A stretch of 64,000 nt of DNA from an uncultured Gammaproteobacteria bacterium (GTDB lineage: Bacteria > Patescibacteriota > Microgenomatia > CAYSOG01), in NCBI GenBank assembly GCA_964432675.1, contig CAYSOG010000006.1, positions 1,824 to 65,823 on the forward strand, written 5' to 3'. Below, one piece after another: positions 20,288-30,713 of the stretch. Each line of letters begins with the position of its first letter. The stretch's first letter is position 1. Under the pieces are notes generated by a model. The model had not been told where the DNA came from, made no database searches, and worked only from the letters and a program-made list of their open reading frames with translations. A program made the position numbers and the translations under genes.

Positions 20288-21292
20288 ATGCCGGAAGATG
20301 TATTAAACGAACCGACCACCCATACAACTGCTACCAAACTAGCTGCTGAGGAATACGACCCAACTCTCCCCTCCGATACAGTTGCAGCGCTCGAAAAACT
20401 AAAAAAAGGCGCGACAAAAGAAACTTGGCAGGAAATCCAGCGTAGGTTACAAGAACATATCCAAACCATACGCGAAGATTTTCCCGACCTATCTGAGGAA
20501 GAAATTCAAAGCCTTGCTGAACTGGTAGCTGGCCCGTTCATGTTAGAACAGAAAGCGCTACGAAATGAACCAAATGAGCGGTTAGACTTATCACAGAAAT
20601 GCCTATCAGCCCGAATACAACATAACATGGTTCACGCTATTTTTTATGCATCATCGGGCAAAGCAGATGCTGAATACGTTCGGGACGTTTATACAATGGT
20701 CGAACCGATAGACCAACTAGCAAAAACTGATGCCGGTTATGCAGCCGGTTTACCCAGTTTTATGATAGGTGTTAAATCAGAGCTCGCCATTATTCGTCAA
20801 TTAAACAGTAGCGGCTATACCGTTCTTATTCCCGATTATAACCAAGGCAACCCAAACTTAAGTGACCCAGTAAGTAGTAATACCAACGAAGTGTTGCAAT
20901 GGGATGTGCTTAATGGTATAGATTTCATTGCCAAACAAGGCGACCAAGTATATTTCGTCGACGCTAAGGGAAGATTAATGGTAAATACCGGTACCAAGAA
21001 TGAACAGCGCCAAATAGCAAGCGTCGAAGGACAAGCAAGAAGGCAGACATTACCACCAACCCTTGAAGGTTATGAACTAGCTCTCCGTGCAAGAAAAATT
21101 GAGCAATTGAAAGTATTTATACCTACAGCACCTTCACAATTACCGGGACTTGCGCCATGTGAACCGAACGACGTCGATGGCATGCAACGAGCACTTACAA
21201 AATTTGGTAAATCAAGTGTCGGTGACCAAATCATTGAAGGTATTGACCAGCTGACCCGACATAAGGGCAACGCCATGTTGAAACGAGCGTAG
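20288..21292 (+). CDS. Hypothetical protein with a possible PD-(D/E)xK nuclease-like C-terminal domain
   Basis: GVKSELAI..L...GYTV...GIDFIAKQGDQVYFVDAKG. Confidence 0.5.
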   Translation: MPEDVLNEPTTHTTATKLAAEEYDPTLPSDTVAALEKLKKGATKETWQEIQRRLQEHIQTIREDFPDLSEEEIQSLAELVAGPFMLEQKALRNEPNERLDLSQKCLSARIQHNMVHAIFYASSGKADAEYVRDVYTMVEPIDQLAKTDAGYAAGLPSFMIGVKSELAIIRQLNSSGYTVLIPDYNQGNPNLSDPVSSNTNEVLQWDVLNGIDFIAKQGDQVYFVDAKGRLMVNTGTKNEQRQIASVEGQARRQTLPPTLEGYELALRARKIEQLKVFIPTAPSQLPGLAPCEPNDVDGMQRALTKFGKSSVGDQIIEGIDQLTRHKGNAMLKRA

Positions 21293-21347
21293 AGTAAATT
21301 ACTACTGCTAATACTATATAAAGTAAATAACGTAAAAAGATAAACAT

Positions 21348-21554
21348 ATGCCAAAAGAAATTAATCCAAAACAGCTACCCGAAGGTAATAACAGCCTTCT
21401 TAAAGCATTGAGTAAACTCGCCTCGTTGGTTCAAAAGGACGTTGAAGAATTAGCACCAACACCCTCCGACAATGCGACCGACGCCACCCAAAATGACCCC
21501 CAACAGGAAACGAACCCTCTATCAGATTTAACTGACCGAGCAAAAAAACAATAA
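21348..21554 (+). CDS. Small hypothetical protein
   Basis: 68 aa ORF filling the intergenic space. Confidence 0.5.
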   Translation: MPKEINPKQLPEGNNSLLKALSKLASLVQKDVEELAPTPSDNATDATQNDPQQETNPLSDLTDRAKKQ

Positions 21555-21652
21555 CTTCCGAATTACTTCTAATTTATTTTGAGTTTACTTCATACTTGTA
21601 ATGTGTTATTTTCACTTCCGATACGCTATAATATTGTACGAGCTTTGAGCAT

Positions 21653-21735
21653 GCCACGGTGCTGAAATTGGTATACAGGCCGGTCTCAAAAACCGGTGGT
21701 CACAAGCCATGTGGGTTCGAGTCCCACCCGTGGCA
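21653..21735 (+). tRNA. tRNA-Leu (CAA), CCA not encoded
   Basis: GCCACGG/CCGTGGC acceptor stem, anticodon arm CCGGT-CTCAAAA-ACCGG, long variable arm, GTGGG-TTCGAGT-CCCAC T arm. Confidence 0.96.
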
Positions 21736-21788
21736 CTAGAAAGGCACTATTTGTAACATAAGGCTTATTAGATATACATTGTAAATTT

Positions 21789-22742
21789 ATGACAACACAA
21801 CAAATCTTTGATTTAGGATTAGAAATGGGTATCGCAGCCGATCCGCGGGGTAAAGTCGGTGTTAAGCAATATTTGGCACGGAAGAAAAAGGAATTTGAAC
21901 AACTCTCCGAAAAAAAGAAGCAGTATTTTGATAAGGATACGCTAGCAAATCCATATGCCGATTCCCGATTGCTGTATGGCGACCCAAAACGGCCAGTAAA
22001 GCGGGTATTAGCCGGCATTGATATGAATGTTGGTGAGGTTGTTCTGGCTGACCGATTAGCTGATAAAGGTAGGAAGATTGATTGCATCATTACCCATCAC
22101 CCAGAAGGTTCGGCATATGCAGCGCTTCACGAGGTTATGGACCTCCAGATTGATATTTTTGCAAGCCTCGGCATTCCAGTTAACGTGGCAGAGCACCTTA
22201 TGGACAAACGCATTGGTGAAGTTGCGCGCCGCATCCACCCAGTCAACCACCCACAGGCAATTGACGCTTCGCGATTGTTAGACCTGCCATACATGGCCAT
22301 GCACACCATTTGGGACAATATGGGCCACCAGTTTGTTGAAGACTATATTACCAAGAAGAAAAATCTCGACACCGTTGGCGACGTTTTCGACGCAATTATG
22401 GAAATCCCTGAATACCAGGAATCTGCCAAGCAAAAGGCTGGCCCGTTTATCGCTTCCGGCAGTGAACGCAACCGTACCGGTAAAATTTTTGTTGGCTATA
22501 CCGGCGGTACTAATGGGCCAAAGGAACTGTTTGCATATTTATCACGTGCAGGTGTTGGCACAATTGTTGAAATGCATGAACATGAAGAAGATATTGAGGA
22601 ATTGAAAAAACACCACATGAACTTAATTGTTACCGGCCATATGTCCTCCGATTCTATCGGTGCCAATCTTTATTTGGATGAGCTCGAGAAAAAAGGTGTT
22701 GAGGTAGTCCCCTGTTCCGGTTTAATCCGTGTCAAACGATAA
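21789..22742 (+). CDS. NIF3 (NGG1p-interacting factor)-like protein
   Basis: NPYADSR, VLAGID, ITHHPEG, MHTIWDN, GHMSSDSIG. Confidence 0.85.
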   Translation: MTTQQIFDLGLEMGIAADPRGKVGVKQYLARKKKEFEQLSEKKKQYFDKDTLANPYADSRLLYGDPKRPVKRVLAGIDMNVGEVVLADRLADKGRKIDCIITHHPEGSAYAALHEVMDLQIDIFASLGIPVNVAEHLMDKRIGEVARRIHPVNHPQAIDASRLLDLPYMAMHTIWDNMGHQFVEDYITKKKNLDTVGDVFDAIMEIPEYQESAKQKAGPFIASGSERNRTGKIFVGYTGGTNGPKELFAYLSRAGVGTIVEMHEHEEDIEELKKHHMNLIVTGHMSSDSIGANLYLDELEKKGVEVVPCSGLIRVKR

Positions 22743-22857
22743 GATAGTCGGCACAAGCCACAGTCCAACAAAAACTCCAAAGAAAAAGCGGCGCAGCCCA
22801 TATTACTGGACAACGCCGCGGATAAAATTGCTATACATTTGCCTTACATTTCTGGCT

Positions 22858-23007
22858 TTAATCGTCCGTATAGGCGATTAACTGGCAAACATTCCAACGA
22901 AGGTGGCAAAACCAGCTAAAAAGTGGGATATCGGGTAAGACGGCGTCTATTGGACCAAGAATATAGTCGTCGATTACCAAGGCAGCGTACCCCAGGATTC
23001 GCTTCAA
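22858..23007 (-). CDS. Small hypothetical protein (49 aa)
   Basis: TTG start with AAGGAGG SD, downstream of a TTGCAT-N17-TATAAT promoter (23035-23063). Confidence 0.55.
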   Translation of the reverse strand: MKRILGYAALVIDDYILGPIDAVLPDIPLFSWFCHLRWNVCQLIAYTDD

Positions 23008-23082
23008 TGTTCCCTCCTTGTAGCAATTTATGTAATTATAACACACTATAAGCTTAAATGCAAGGGTAAATGTGTATGTGAT

Positions 23083-24474
23083 TTATGCAGTGTCTGAAGA
23101 TTTTTGGCGTTTATCAAGCTCGTAGAACTTGACGCGTTCAGGCTTGAACATAAGGTCGATTAAGCCAGTTGGGCCATTCCGATGTTTGGCAATATCAAGT
23201 TTGATACCTTCTTTGTTTTCTTTATCCTCATGGTACAGAAACATTACAACGTCAGCATCCTGTTCGATGGCACCAGATTCCCGTAGGTCAGCCAATTGCG
23301 GCCGCCCATCTCCCCTACCTTCGACTTGCCTATTAAGTTGTGATAAGGCAATAACCGGAATTTTTAACTCACGGGCCAAGTTTTTAAGGCTTTGAGAAAT
23401 TTGGGAAACTTCAACTACTCGATTTTCAGCCCGACCATTCCCAACAATCAGCTGAAGATAGTCAATAAATAAAACCTTAATGCCCACTTCAAGCTGTAAT
23501 CGCCTGGCCTTTGTCCTAATTTCCATAATCGAAGAACCCGGTGTATCATCAATGTACAAGGGCGCATCAGCCAACTCGCCCATCGCTTGGGCAATACGCT
23601 CAAAATCATCCTCTTCTAGCCTGCCGGTTTTTAATTTCCAAGCGTCAACATCTGCCTGACCAACCAAAAGTCGATCGACCAGCTCTTCCTTACTCATTTC
23701 GAGGGAAAAAATGCCGACTGGCACCTCAGCGTGCGTGGTAATATATTCGGCAATATTTAAGGCAAATGAGGTTTTGCCGACACCAGGCCGTGCCGCCAGG
23801 ATAATTAAATTACTGTCTTGAAAGCCAGCTAATTTTTTGTCAAGTGACTTGTAGCCGGTCGCAATGCCACGCAGTTTGCCCTTATTTTTATGCAGGTCGT
23901 CAAGACGCTCAAAGCTTTCGGCAAGTGCGTCTTTAATCGGCGTAAAGTATTGGAAGGTTTGCTCTTGTGAAACGGAAAAGACAGCCGATTCGGCCGCATC
24001 TAAAATGTCTTTTGTTTCAAGGGTGTCATCAAACGCGGCGTCGGAAATTTTCGAAGCAATCGCAACTAATTTTCGTTTGGTGTAATGGTCATGAATAATC
24101 CGGCCGTAATACACCACATGTGCTGAAGTTGGCACTTTCTCGGCAAGCGAGGCCAAGTACTCCGTGCCGCCACTGACATCAAGTGCACCATCCAACTTTA
24201 GCTGTTCGGTCACCGTGATAAGATCGATTGGCCTACGTTTCTCGAACAGCCTAATAATGGCATTATAGATAGCACCATGTTGGTCTTGGGAATAAAAATG
24301 CTCGGGTTTTAAGAATTCGGCAACTTCGACAATTGCATCGCGATCCAGCAACAAAGCGCCAAGGAGTGATTCTTCCGCTTCTAAATTCTGCGGCGGTATA
24401 CGCCCCGCTGGCAGTTTAAAGCCATTCGATTTTATTGTGGGAAATTTTCCGGCTCTCGCCGCTATATCTGGCAT
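23083..24474 (-). CDS. dnaB: Replicative DNA helicase
   Basis: PPQNLEAEE, AARPGVGKT, FSLEMS, IDYLQL, LSQLNR, DLRESGAIEQDAD, KHRNGPTG; no intein. Confidence 0.98.
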   Translation of the reverse strand: MPDIAARAGKFPTIKSNGFKLPAGRIPPQNLEAEESLLGALLLDRDAIVEVAEFLKPEHFYSQDQHGAIYNAIIRLFEKRRPIDLITVTEQLKLDGALDVSGGTEYLASLAEKVPTSAHVVYYGRIIHDHYTKRKLVAIASKISDAAFDDTLETKDILDAAESAVFSVSQEQTFQYFTPIKDALAESFERLDDLHKNKGKLRGIATGYKSLDKKLAGFQDSNLIILAARPGVGKTSFALNIAEYITTHAEVPVGIFSLEMSKEELVDRLLVGQADVDAWKLKTGRLEEDDFERIAQAMGELADAPLYIDDTPGSSIMEIRTKARRLQLEVGIKVLFIDYLQLIVGNGRAENRVVEVSQISQSLKNLARELKIPVIALSQLNRQVEGRGDGRPQLADLRESGAIEQDADVVMFLYHEDKENKEGIKLDIAKHRNGPTGLIDLMFKPERVKFYELDKRQKSSDTA

Positions 24475-24574
24475 AAGGCTCTCACCCCTTAGATAAGGTA
24501 TCAAGTATCGAGTATTCAGTATATTCGCAATATTACTCACGCATGATACCTATTACTTACTACCTAATACAGCT

Positions 24575-25213
24575 TTATTGTTTTTGTAATACCACGACTT
24601 CTGATTCGACGGGTAGTTTATCTTTTGTCACTGTTAATTTCGGTTGCGGTGTGGCACCTTCAGCACCTGCTTCTTTAAGGAATTTCTCAAGTGGGTCGAG
24701 TTCGAATTTTAAACCGGCAATTTTATAATGCATTGGTATCACAATGGCCGGCTCGAGTTGGGTAACAACTTCCTGGGCTTGGTCTGCGGCAATGGTATAT
24801 GTACCACCAACCGGCAACATGAGAATATCACAAGGACTAATTGCAGCCACTTGCTCTTTTGTAAGCGTATGGCCAATATCACCTAAGTGGACCACGGACA
24901 CGCCATCTATATCGCAATGGTAAACAGTGTTTTTACCACGTTCTGCGCCTTCTTGGCTATCATGGAAAGTGGCGATGCCGCTTACCGTTACTCCTTTGAC
25001 TTCATACTCACCGGGCCCTGCAATAACAACTGGCTCTCCTTCGACGATTGCCGTATTATTATGGTCTTCGTGCCCATGCGTCACCAAAACCATGTCGGCA
25101 GAAAGCTTACCCAGCTTAAGACCAGTAAAGGTGGGATCATAAGGGTCTATAACCAGTGTCGCAGTTTTTCCCTTTATCCGAAAACACGCTTGTCCGTACC
25201 ATGTAATATCCAT
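24575..25213 (-). CDS. MBL-fold metallo-hydrolase
   Basis: ITWYGQACF, VTHGHEDHN, HLGD, LPVGG, IPMHY. Confidence 0.92.
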   Translation of the reverse strand: MDITWYGQACFRIKGKTATLVIDPYDPTFTGLKLGKLSADMVLVTHGHEDHNNTAIVEGEPVVIAGPGEYEVKGVTVSGIATFHDSQEGAERGKNTVYHCDIDGVSVVHLGDIGHTLTKEQVAAISPCDILMLPVGGTYTIAADQAQEVVTQLEPAIVIPMHYKIAGLKFELDPLEKFLKEAGAEGATPQPKLTVTKDKLPVESEVVVLQKQ

Positions 25214-25529
25214 AAAGATAAATTATCAATCAATATGTAAAAATGTTACCGTTCGAGTAACTAGCGACCCTTCATCACCGGTTATGCCAGCTGGTCTCAG
25301 GCTAGCAGCTCGAAGAATAATAGTCGTGACCTTTAAACTATTATATTACTCTTTGATTTTTACATTTTTAATTTGGCTCTCAGATCTTATCATTTTCATT
25401 CGCCGCTTGACAAGAGGTTAATAGTAGTGTTAGATTGACTAACGACTGAGCAAATTACGATCACAGTGCATGTTAAAATGGTATTAAAGTTTATATAGTT
25501 CCTGCCTTTTTAAGCTTTCTATTCACTAT

Positions 25530-25955
25530 ATGTCGTCGGACGTACCAAAAAAGATACTCTGGATATTCGTTTTCTTAATTCTCGCAGCAATGGCAGTTTT
25601 AGGTGTCCTTTTTGTTCGAGGTTACCAAGCAAACCATCAAATAGCTTCCCAATCTACAGCGACAACACCGCAGCCAACTGACCAAGCTACCTTGCAACTC
25701 GACGTTTCATCACCTTCAGCTGATATCGCCACTTCCAGTGCTACGTTAACGGTTAGCGGCACAACTAGCCAAAGTGCGATTGTCTCAGTTACGGGTGGTG
25801 CTTCTGACATTATTATGCCAGCCCAAAGTAATGGGACATTTTCGTTTCCCGTATCATTGAACCAAGGGCTAAACCAGTTACAAATTACAGCTTATACTGA
25901 AGAAGGCGACAGCGCGCTCGTAAAGCATAACGTCGTGTACTCGAAAAATTTATAA
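25530..25955 (+). CDS. Membrane-anchored Ig-like domain protein
   Basis: N-terminal TM; VSGTT...NGTFSFPVSLNQGLNQLQITA. Confidence 0.75.
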   Translation: MSSDVPKKILWIFVFLILAAMAVLGVLFVRGYQANHQIASQSTATTPQPTDQATLQLDVSSPSADIATSSATLTVSGTTSQSAIVSVTGGASDIIMPAQSNGTFSFPVSLNQGLNQLQITAYTEEGDSALVKHNVVYSKNL

Positions 25956-26007
25956 GTTGCATGACCACCCTTATTTAAGGTGATGTGGTCAAAATAGAAA
26001 GGTACAA

Positions 26008-26811
26008 ATGGATAATCTGCCCGATTACATCGTCGAAGCACTTGATGGCTTCGTCGAAAAAAATATGAAACGAATTTTGATATTTTTATTTGCGCTCATG
26101 ATCGGTATGGCTATTGGTGTCACCGGTGCTCATGCTGCAACAATCCCTACGCCTACACCAGTTTCATCGCCGACTACAAAACCCACAGGCCCAATTCCAA
26201 TTACGGTCGGTACCGTAAATCAAACCCCCGACCTTGCTATTACCATTAGCAATGATAGCGGCCAAACGGTTAGCTTCAAAATTGATCCGAAAACCACAAC
26301 CATTGAAGCGCCAACTATTGCGTCATTAAAGGGAAAGTTAACAGCAAAAAATATCACGCCAGGCGACCGTATTGCGATTGTTAGTTCTGACCAAGCAACA
26401 GCCAACCTCATTGTGATTGCGTCACATGGTGCTACCACCCCACCAAAGCAAGATACAGCGTTTTTAGGCATTGTTTCTTCGCGCGATGCCACTACTTCTG
26501 GTACAATCCTTTCCTTGAAACATCCTAAAGAAGACACCTTCGCGAAGGCACTAGTAAACGCAAATACCAAAATCATTGCAAAAGATATTGCAAAGCCCAC
26601 AACCGATGATATTAAGGCCGGCGATAAAGTCTTGGTTACAGGCCCAACCGACAGTAATAATGTTATCACCGCAACTGAATTATTCTTAATTCCCGGCAAG
26701 GCGCGTGCCTTAATTGACAAATTAGCGCCGTTAGCATCTTCATCGGCGTCTAGTTCTGCCAAGCCCTCTGCCACACCAAAGAAGGCCAGTACATCCGCAA
26801 TAACACCTTAA
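26008..26811 (+). CDS. Secreted protein with two OB-like (DUF5666-like) repeats; start may be 26065
   Basis: Signal peptide MKRILIF..AHA; two repeats ending ITPGDRI and IKAGDKV; Ser/Thr/Pro linkers. Confidence 0.65.
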   Translation: MDNLPDYIVEALDGFVEKNMKRILIFLFALMIGMAIGVTGAHAATIPTPTPVSSPTTKPTGPIPITVGTVNQTPDLAITISNDSGQTVSFKIDPKTTTIEAPTIASLKGKLTAKNITPGDRIAIVSSDQATANLIVIASHGATTPPKQDTAFLGIVSSRDATTSGTILSLKHPKEDTFAKALVNANTKIIAKDIAKPTTDDIKAGDKVLVTGPTDSNNVITATELFLIPGKARALIDKLAPLASSSASSSAKPSATPKKASTSAITP

Positions 26812-27009
26812 AGTGCGACGGGTGTCTTGAAAGCAAAAGACACCATAATCTTCCTTCATCTTCCTATCTTCCCCTTGGTATTTTCTCCTGAAAATGAGAT
26901 AATACTACTACAGTAACAAGCACAGAGTTTGGTCGTCGCGGCGAGATGAAAGTCTACTCCAATCCCCTCGATAGATATAGCCTAAAACCTGACTTGTAAC
27001 TGGACAAGT

Positions 27010-28263
27010 ATGGCAATACAAGCAGTGAAAGGTACACGGGATTTTTATCCACCGCAATTGGCATTTCGCAATTGGTTGGCCGAAAAAATGCGTGCAGCCT
27101 CAATGTTATTTGGTTATCAAGAATGGGACGGTCCAATTTTGGAACCGTTTGAACTTTACGCGGCCAAAAGTGGTGATGAGTTAGTCAATGAGCAGGCCTT
27201 TGTAATGGAAGATCGCGGTGGAAGGAAGATCGTTCTACGCCCTGAATTAACACCATCCCTTGCCCGAATAGTTGCGGCCAAACAGCAAGAACTGGGTAAA
27301 CCAATACGCTGGTTTAGTATTGGCCCAATGTGGCGTTATGAACAACCACAGCGTGGACGGTCAAGAGAATTTTGGCAATGGAATATCGATTTACTTGGCG
27401 TTGATAATGCACAATCAGACGCTGAGCTCATTGCGATTGCCATAACATTCTTACAATCACTCGGCTTAGACCAAAATGACTTTGTGGTGCGAATTAATGA
27501 CCGGAAATGGTTTGAAGAAAAGTTGGTATCGTTTGGGATTGCGAAAGACAAATTTCCCTCGATTTTGCGGGCTGTTGACCGAGCGGACAAGATGCCAAAA
27601 GATAAATGGGACGAATACGTCACTTCCACAGTAGGGCAAGCGGCAAAAGATAAACTCGCCGATTTTCTTTCTTCTTCCCCAAATAGTGAAGAGGGTGAAA
27701 ATTTAGCCCAAGTCAAATCTATTCTCAAGGAAATGAATTTGGATATGTACCTCGAGGTCGACCCAAAAGTTGTCCGTGGATTGGACTATTATACAGGCAC
27801 CGTATTCGAGATCCGCGATAAAGGTAGTAAACTTCGCGCAATCGGCGGTGGCGGTAGATATGCTAATTTGGTTGAACAAGTCGGCGGCCAACCACTTGCC
27901 GGCATTGGTTTTGCCTTAGGCGATTTACCAATTGAAGAACTTCTACGGGAAGTCAATAAGTACCCCGAAAATATCGTTAACGCCCCAAAAGTATTGGTCA
28001 CCGTTTTTAATAACGAAACAGTTGATAAAAGCTTAGGGGTTGCAAATAAGCTTCGTAAAGCAAACATAGCAACAGAACTATACCTTTCAACTGAAGAAGC
28101 CTCATTAGAAAAACAACTAAAATACGCCGACCAAAAAGCGATCCCCTACGCAATTTTGCTTGGCCCCGATGAGATTAAAAACAACAATATTACTATTAAA
28201 GACCTTACCAAGCGAGAACAATCAAGTGTTCCCTTGGACGACTTTATAAGGTCACTTACCTAA
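27010..28263 (+). CDS. hisS: Histidyl-tRNA synthetase
   Basis: KGTRDF, LRPELT, WRYEQPQRGRSREF, VRGLDYYTG, GGGGRY. Confidence 0.98.
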   Translation: MAIQAVKGTRDFYPPQLAFRNWLAEKMRAASMLFGYQEWDGPILEPFELYAAKSGDELVNEQAFVMEDRGGRKIVLRPELTPSLARIVAAKQQELGKPIRWFSIGPMWRYEQPQRGRSREFWQWNIDLLGVDNAQSDAELIAIAITFLQSLGLDQNDFVVRINDRKWFEEKLVSFGIAKDKFPSILRAVDRADKMPKDKWDEYVTSTVGQAAKDKLADFLSSSPNSEEGENLAQVKSILKEMNLDMYLEVDPKVVRGLDYYTGTVFEIRDKGSKLRAIGGGGRYANLVEQVGGQPLAGIGFALGDLPIEELLREVNKYPENIVNAPKVLVTVFNNETVDKSLGVANKLRKANIATELYLSTEEASLEKQLKYADQKAIPYAILLGPDEIKNNNITIKDLTKREQSSVPLDDFIRSLT

Positions 28264-28292
28264 TCCACAATACTGAAGCGTATACTAAATGT

Positions 28293-29258
28293 ATGTCTAC
28301 TAAACTGCCTATGCTCCTGTTATTCCTTTCTGCTGTTCTGTGGGGCATCGCAATTCCCGTCTTCAAACTCGCGCCGCATATCCCCTTGTTTTCCTACGCC
28401 CTTATTCGATTTCTTATTGCCGCGGTTATTTTTGTGCCGCTTTATTTACAAAATTCCCATTACCAGCCGGTTAAAGTTATTGACTTACCAAAGATGTTTT
28501 TAGTAGGGTTCACTGGTATTACTTTAAATATCGGTTTTCTGTATTTAGGGCTTGTCCGAACGAATGCAATTGATACGGCAATCATTATTGACTTAGCCCC
28601 ACTTATTGCAATTTTTTCGGCAGCCCATTTTTTGAAGGAACCAATATTGAAGCGGCAATTGCTTGGCTCTTGCATCGCCTTTACCGGCGCTTTGATTATC
28701 ATAGGCCAACCTTTATTCCAAACCAAGTTTGGGGCTAGCAGCCATGTTGTTGGTAATCTTTTTATTGTCGTATCCGTGCTTGCAAATGACTGGTTTAATA
28801 TACTCTCCAGAAAATTGTTTACAATATATACAGCTTTCACGATTACAGCTTATTTATTTATTGTTGGCGTTATTACTTTTTTACCGCTAGCAATTTGGGA
28901 ATATACGGTAAACCCTCACTGGGTTTATACGGTAACACGGGCTGACATACTTTCGGTGACCTATTATGCTATTTTTGGGTCGATATTGGCATATTTCTTT
29001 TATGAATATGGCCTTGCGAAAGCTGGCATCCAACGTGCTACTATTACCGATTACATGATCCCAGTCATCACAATTACTGTGTCGATTGTCTTTTTGCATG
29101 AAGTTATAACATTGCCATTTATCATTGGTACCGCCCTTGTTGCCGCAGGTGTTTTTTATTCTGTGCACCTACCAACCATTATTGCAAAACAACGTCCTAC
29201 AACAATGGTAACCGCTACCCCTCTTGGCAATCCGACACTAAGCGGAAACAGAGATTAA
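28293..29258 (+). CDS. DMT/EamA family transporter
   Basis: About ten TM helices in two repeats; LWG, FLKEP, FLHEVI. Confidence 0.9.
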   Translation: MSTKLPMLLLFLSAVLWGIAIPVFKLAPHIPLFSYALIRFLIAAVIFVPLYLQNSHYQPVKVIDLPKMFLVGFTGITLNIGFLYLGLVRTNAIDTAIIIDLAPLIAIFSAAHFLKEPILKRQLLGSCIAFTGALIIIGQPLFQTKFGASSHVVGNLFIVVSVLANDWFNILSRKLFTIYTAFTITAYLFIVGVITFLPLAIWEYTVNPHWVYTVTRADILSVTYYAIFGSILAYFFYEYGLAKAGIQRATITDYMIPVITITVSIVFLHEVITLPFIIGTALVAAGVFYSVHLPTIIAKQRPTTMVTATPLGNPTLSGNRD

Positions 29259-29303
29259 ATAGGAGTTGTTCTTACGCATAAAATCTGATATAATTTATGC
29301 CGT

Positions 29304-29624
29304 ATGAAAGCTTCGATCCACCCACAATATAATGAAAGTGTTACCGTCACCTGTTCATGTGGCAATACATTCGTCACGGGCTCAACCAAGGATAAAATCC
29401 ACGTTGATTTATGCTATATGTGCCATCCGTTTTATACTGGCACCCAAAAATTGGTTGACACTGAAGGCAAGGTCGAAAAGTTTACCCGCCGACGAAAAGT
29501 TGCCCAAGAAAAGCAGCAAGTGGTCATTGCCAAGAAAAAATCAGAAGAAAAAGACCGCGCCGAACGGCCTTCAACTCTTGCAGACATGGTCGCAGCAATC
29601 CGCAAGCAACAAAAAGCCTCTTAG
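29304..29624 (+). CDS. rpmE: 50S ribosomal protein L31 (zinc-binding type) with C-terminal extension
   Basis: [24 protein letters not shown]. Confidence 0.97.
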   Translation: MKASIHPQYNESVTVTCSCGNTFVTGSTKDKIHVDLCYMCHPFYTGTQKLVDTEGKVEKFTRRRKVAQEKQQVVIAKKKSEEKDRAERPSTLADMVAAIRKQQKAS

Positions 29625-29753
29625 ATTATTACTCCAATACTGACGTCCATCATATGTGAGATAACTTTTTTGTACTATTTGGCACTGGTATTAGGTATCA
29701 TGTATTAAGCATGGATGCTATGCACCTCGAACCTAATAAGAAAGAATAAGGCG

Positions 29754-30713
29754 ATGGATTATTTACAAGAACAGATTTTAGCAATTGAAGCAAAGATTGC
29801 AGAAACAACAGCACTACTGACCGATCCGCAAATGGCCACATTAGCGCGGGATGAACTATCGCGGCTTGAAGCCGAAAAAGCCGCCTTATTGCAAGCGCAG
29901 CAAAGCGTGGCACAAAGTGTCCAAAGCGCACAAAATGCGGAAAGCCACACTGCAACACTCGGTGCCATTATCGAAATCCGCGCTGCTGCTGGTGGTGACG
30001 AAGCAGGATTATTTGCCAATGAGCTCTACCGCATGTACGTTCGGTATGCGCAAGCGAATAAATGGCACATTGAAGAAATCGACCGCAGTGAAGGCGGTAT
30101 TGGCAACCTTAAGTCGGTAACGGCAAAGATTTCAGGCAAAAATGTTTACGACCTGCTGCAATACGAGTCAGGTGTTCACCGTGTGCAACGAGTGCCACAA
30201 ACTGAAAGTTCAGGGCGTATCCACACCTCCACAGCCACTGTTGCAGTGCTTCCTATTATTCCTGAAGCCCAAATACATATTAACCCGGAAGATATCGAAT
30301 TTGAGTCATTCCGCTCCGGTGGCGCCGGCGGCCAAAACGTTAATAAAGTTTCAACCGCAGTCCGCCTAAAGCATATACCAACCGGCATTGTCGTTGCTTC
30401 GCAGAGTGAGCGTTCGCAATCGCAAAACCGGGAAATTGCCTTCGAAATACTCCGTGCCAAGATTTTTGCGATGGAAGAAGAAAAAAGGCATGCAAAACTG
30501 TCGGAAGAACGCCGTGCCCAATTAGGCACCGGTGACAGAAGTGAAAAAATCCGAACCTATAATTTTCCCCAAGACCGTATCACCGATCACCGTGTTGGCG
30601 TATCTTTCCATAATATTGAAAGCATTTTAGACGGCAATATTGCTACCCTCATTAAAACAGTTAAAGAAAAAATCGAAAGTGGCGAAGTAGTAGAACTGAA
30701 TAATGAAGATTAA
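29754..30713 (+). CDS. prfA: Peptide chain release factor 1
   Basis: [11 protein letters not shown] (PxT), [21 protein letters not shown]; start MDYLQ. Confidence 0.97.
   Translation: MDYLQEQILAIEAKIAETTALLTDPQMATLARDELSRLEAEKAALLQAQQSVAQSVQSAQNAESHTATLGAIIEIRAAAGGDEAGLFANELYRMYVRYAQANKWHIEEIDRSEGGIGNLKSVTAKISGKNVYDLLQYESGVHRVQRVPQTESSGRIHTSTATVAVLPIIPEAQIHINPEDIEFESFRSGGAGGQNVNKVSTAVRLKHIPTGIVVASQSERSQSQNREIAFEILRAKIFAMEEEKRHAKLSEERRAQLGTGDRSEKIRTYNFPQDRITDHRVGVSFHNIESILDGNIATLIKTVKEKIESGEVVELNNED

Noticed and set aside
21653-21735. tRNA-Leu as an integration site
   Set aside because: No duplicated tRNA 3' end or adjacent integrase was found by eye.
23083-24474. Intein in dnaB
   Set aside because: Normal length with contiguous motifs.
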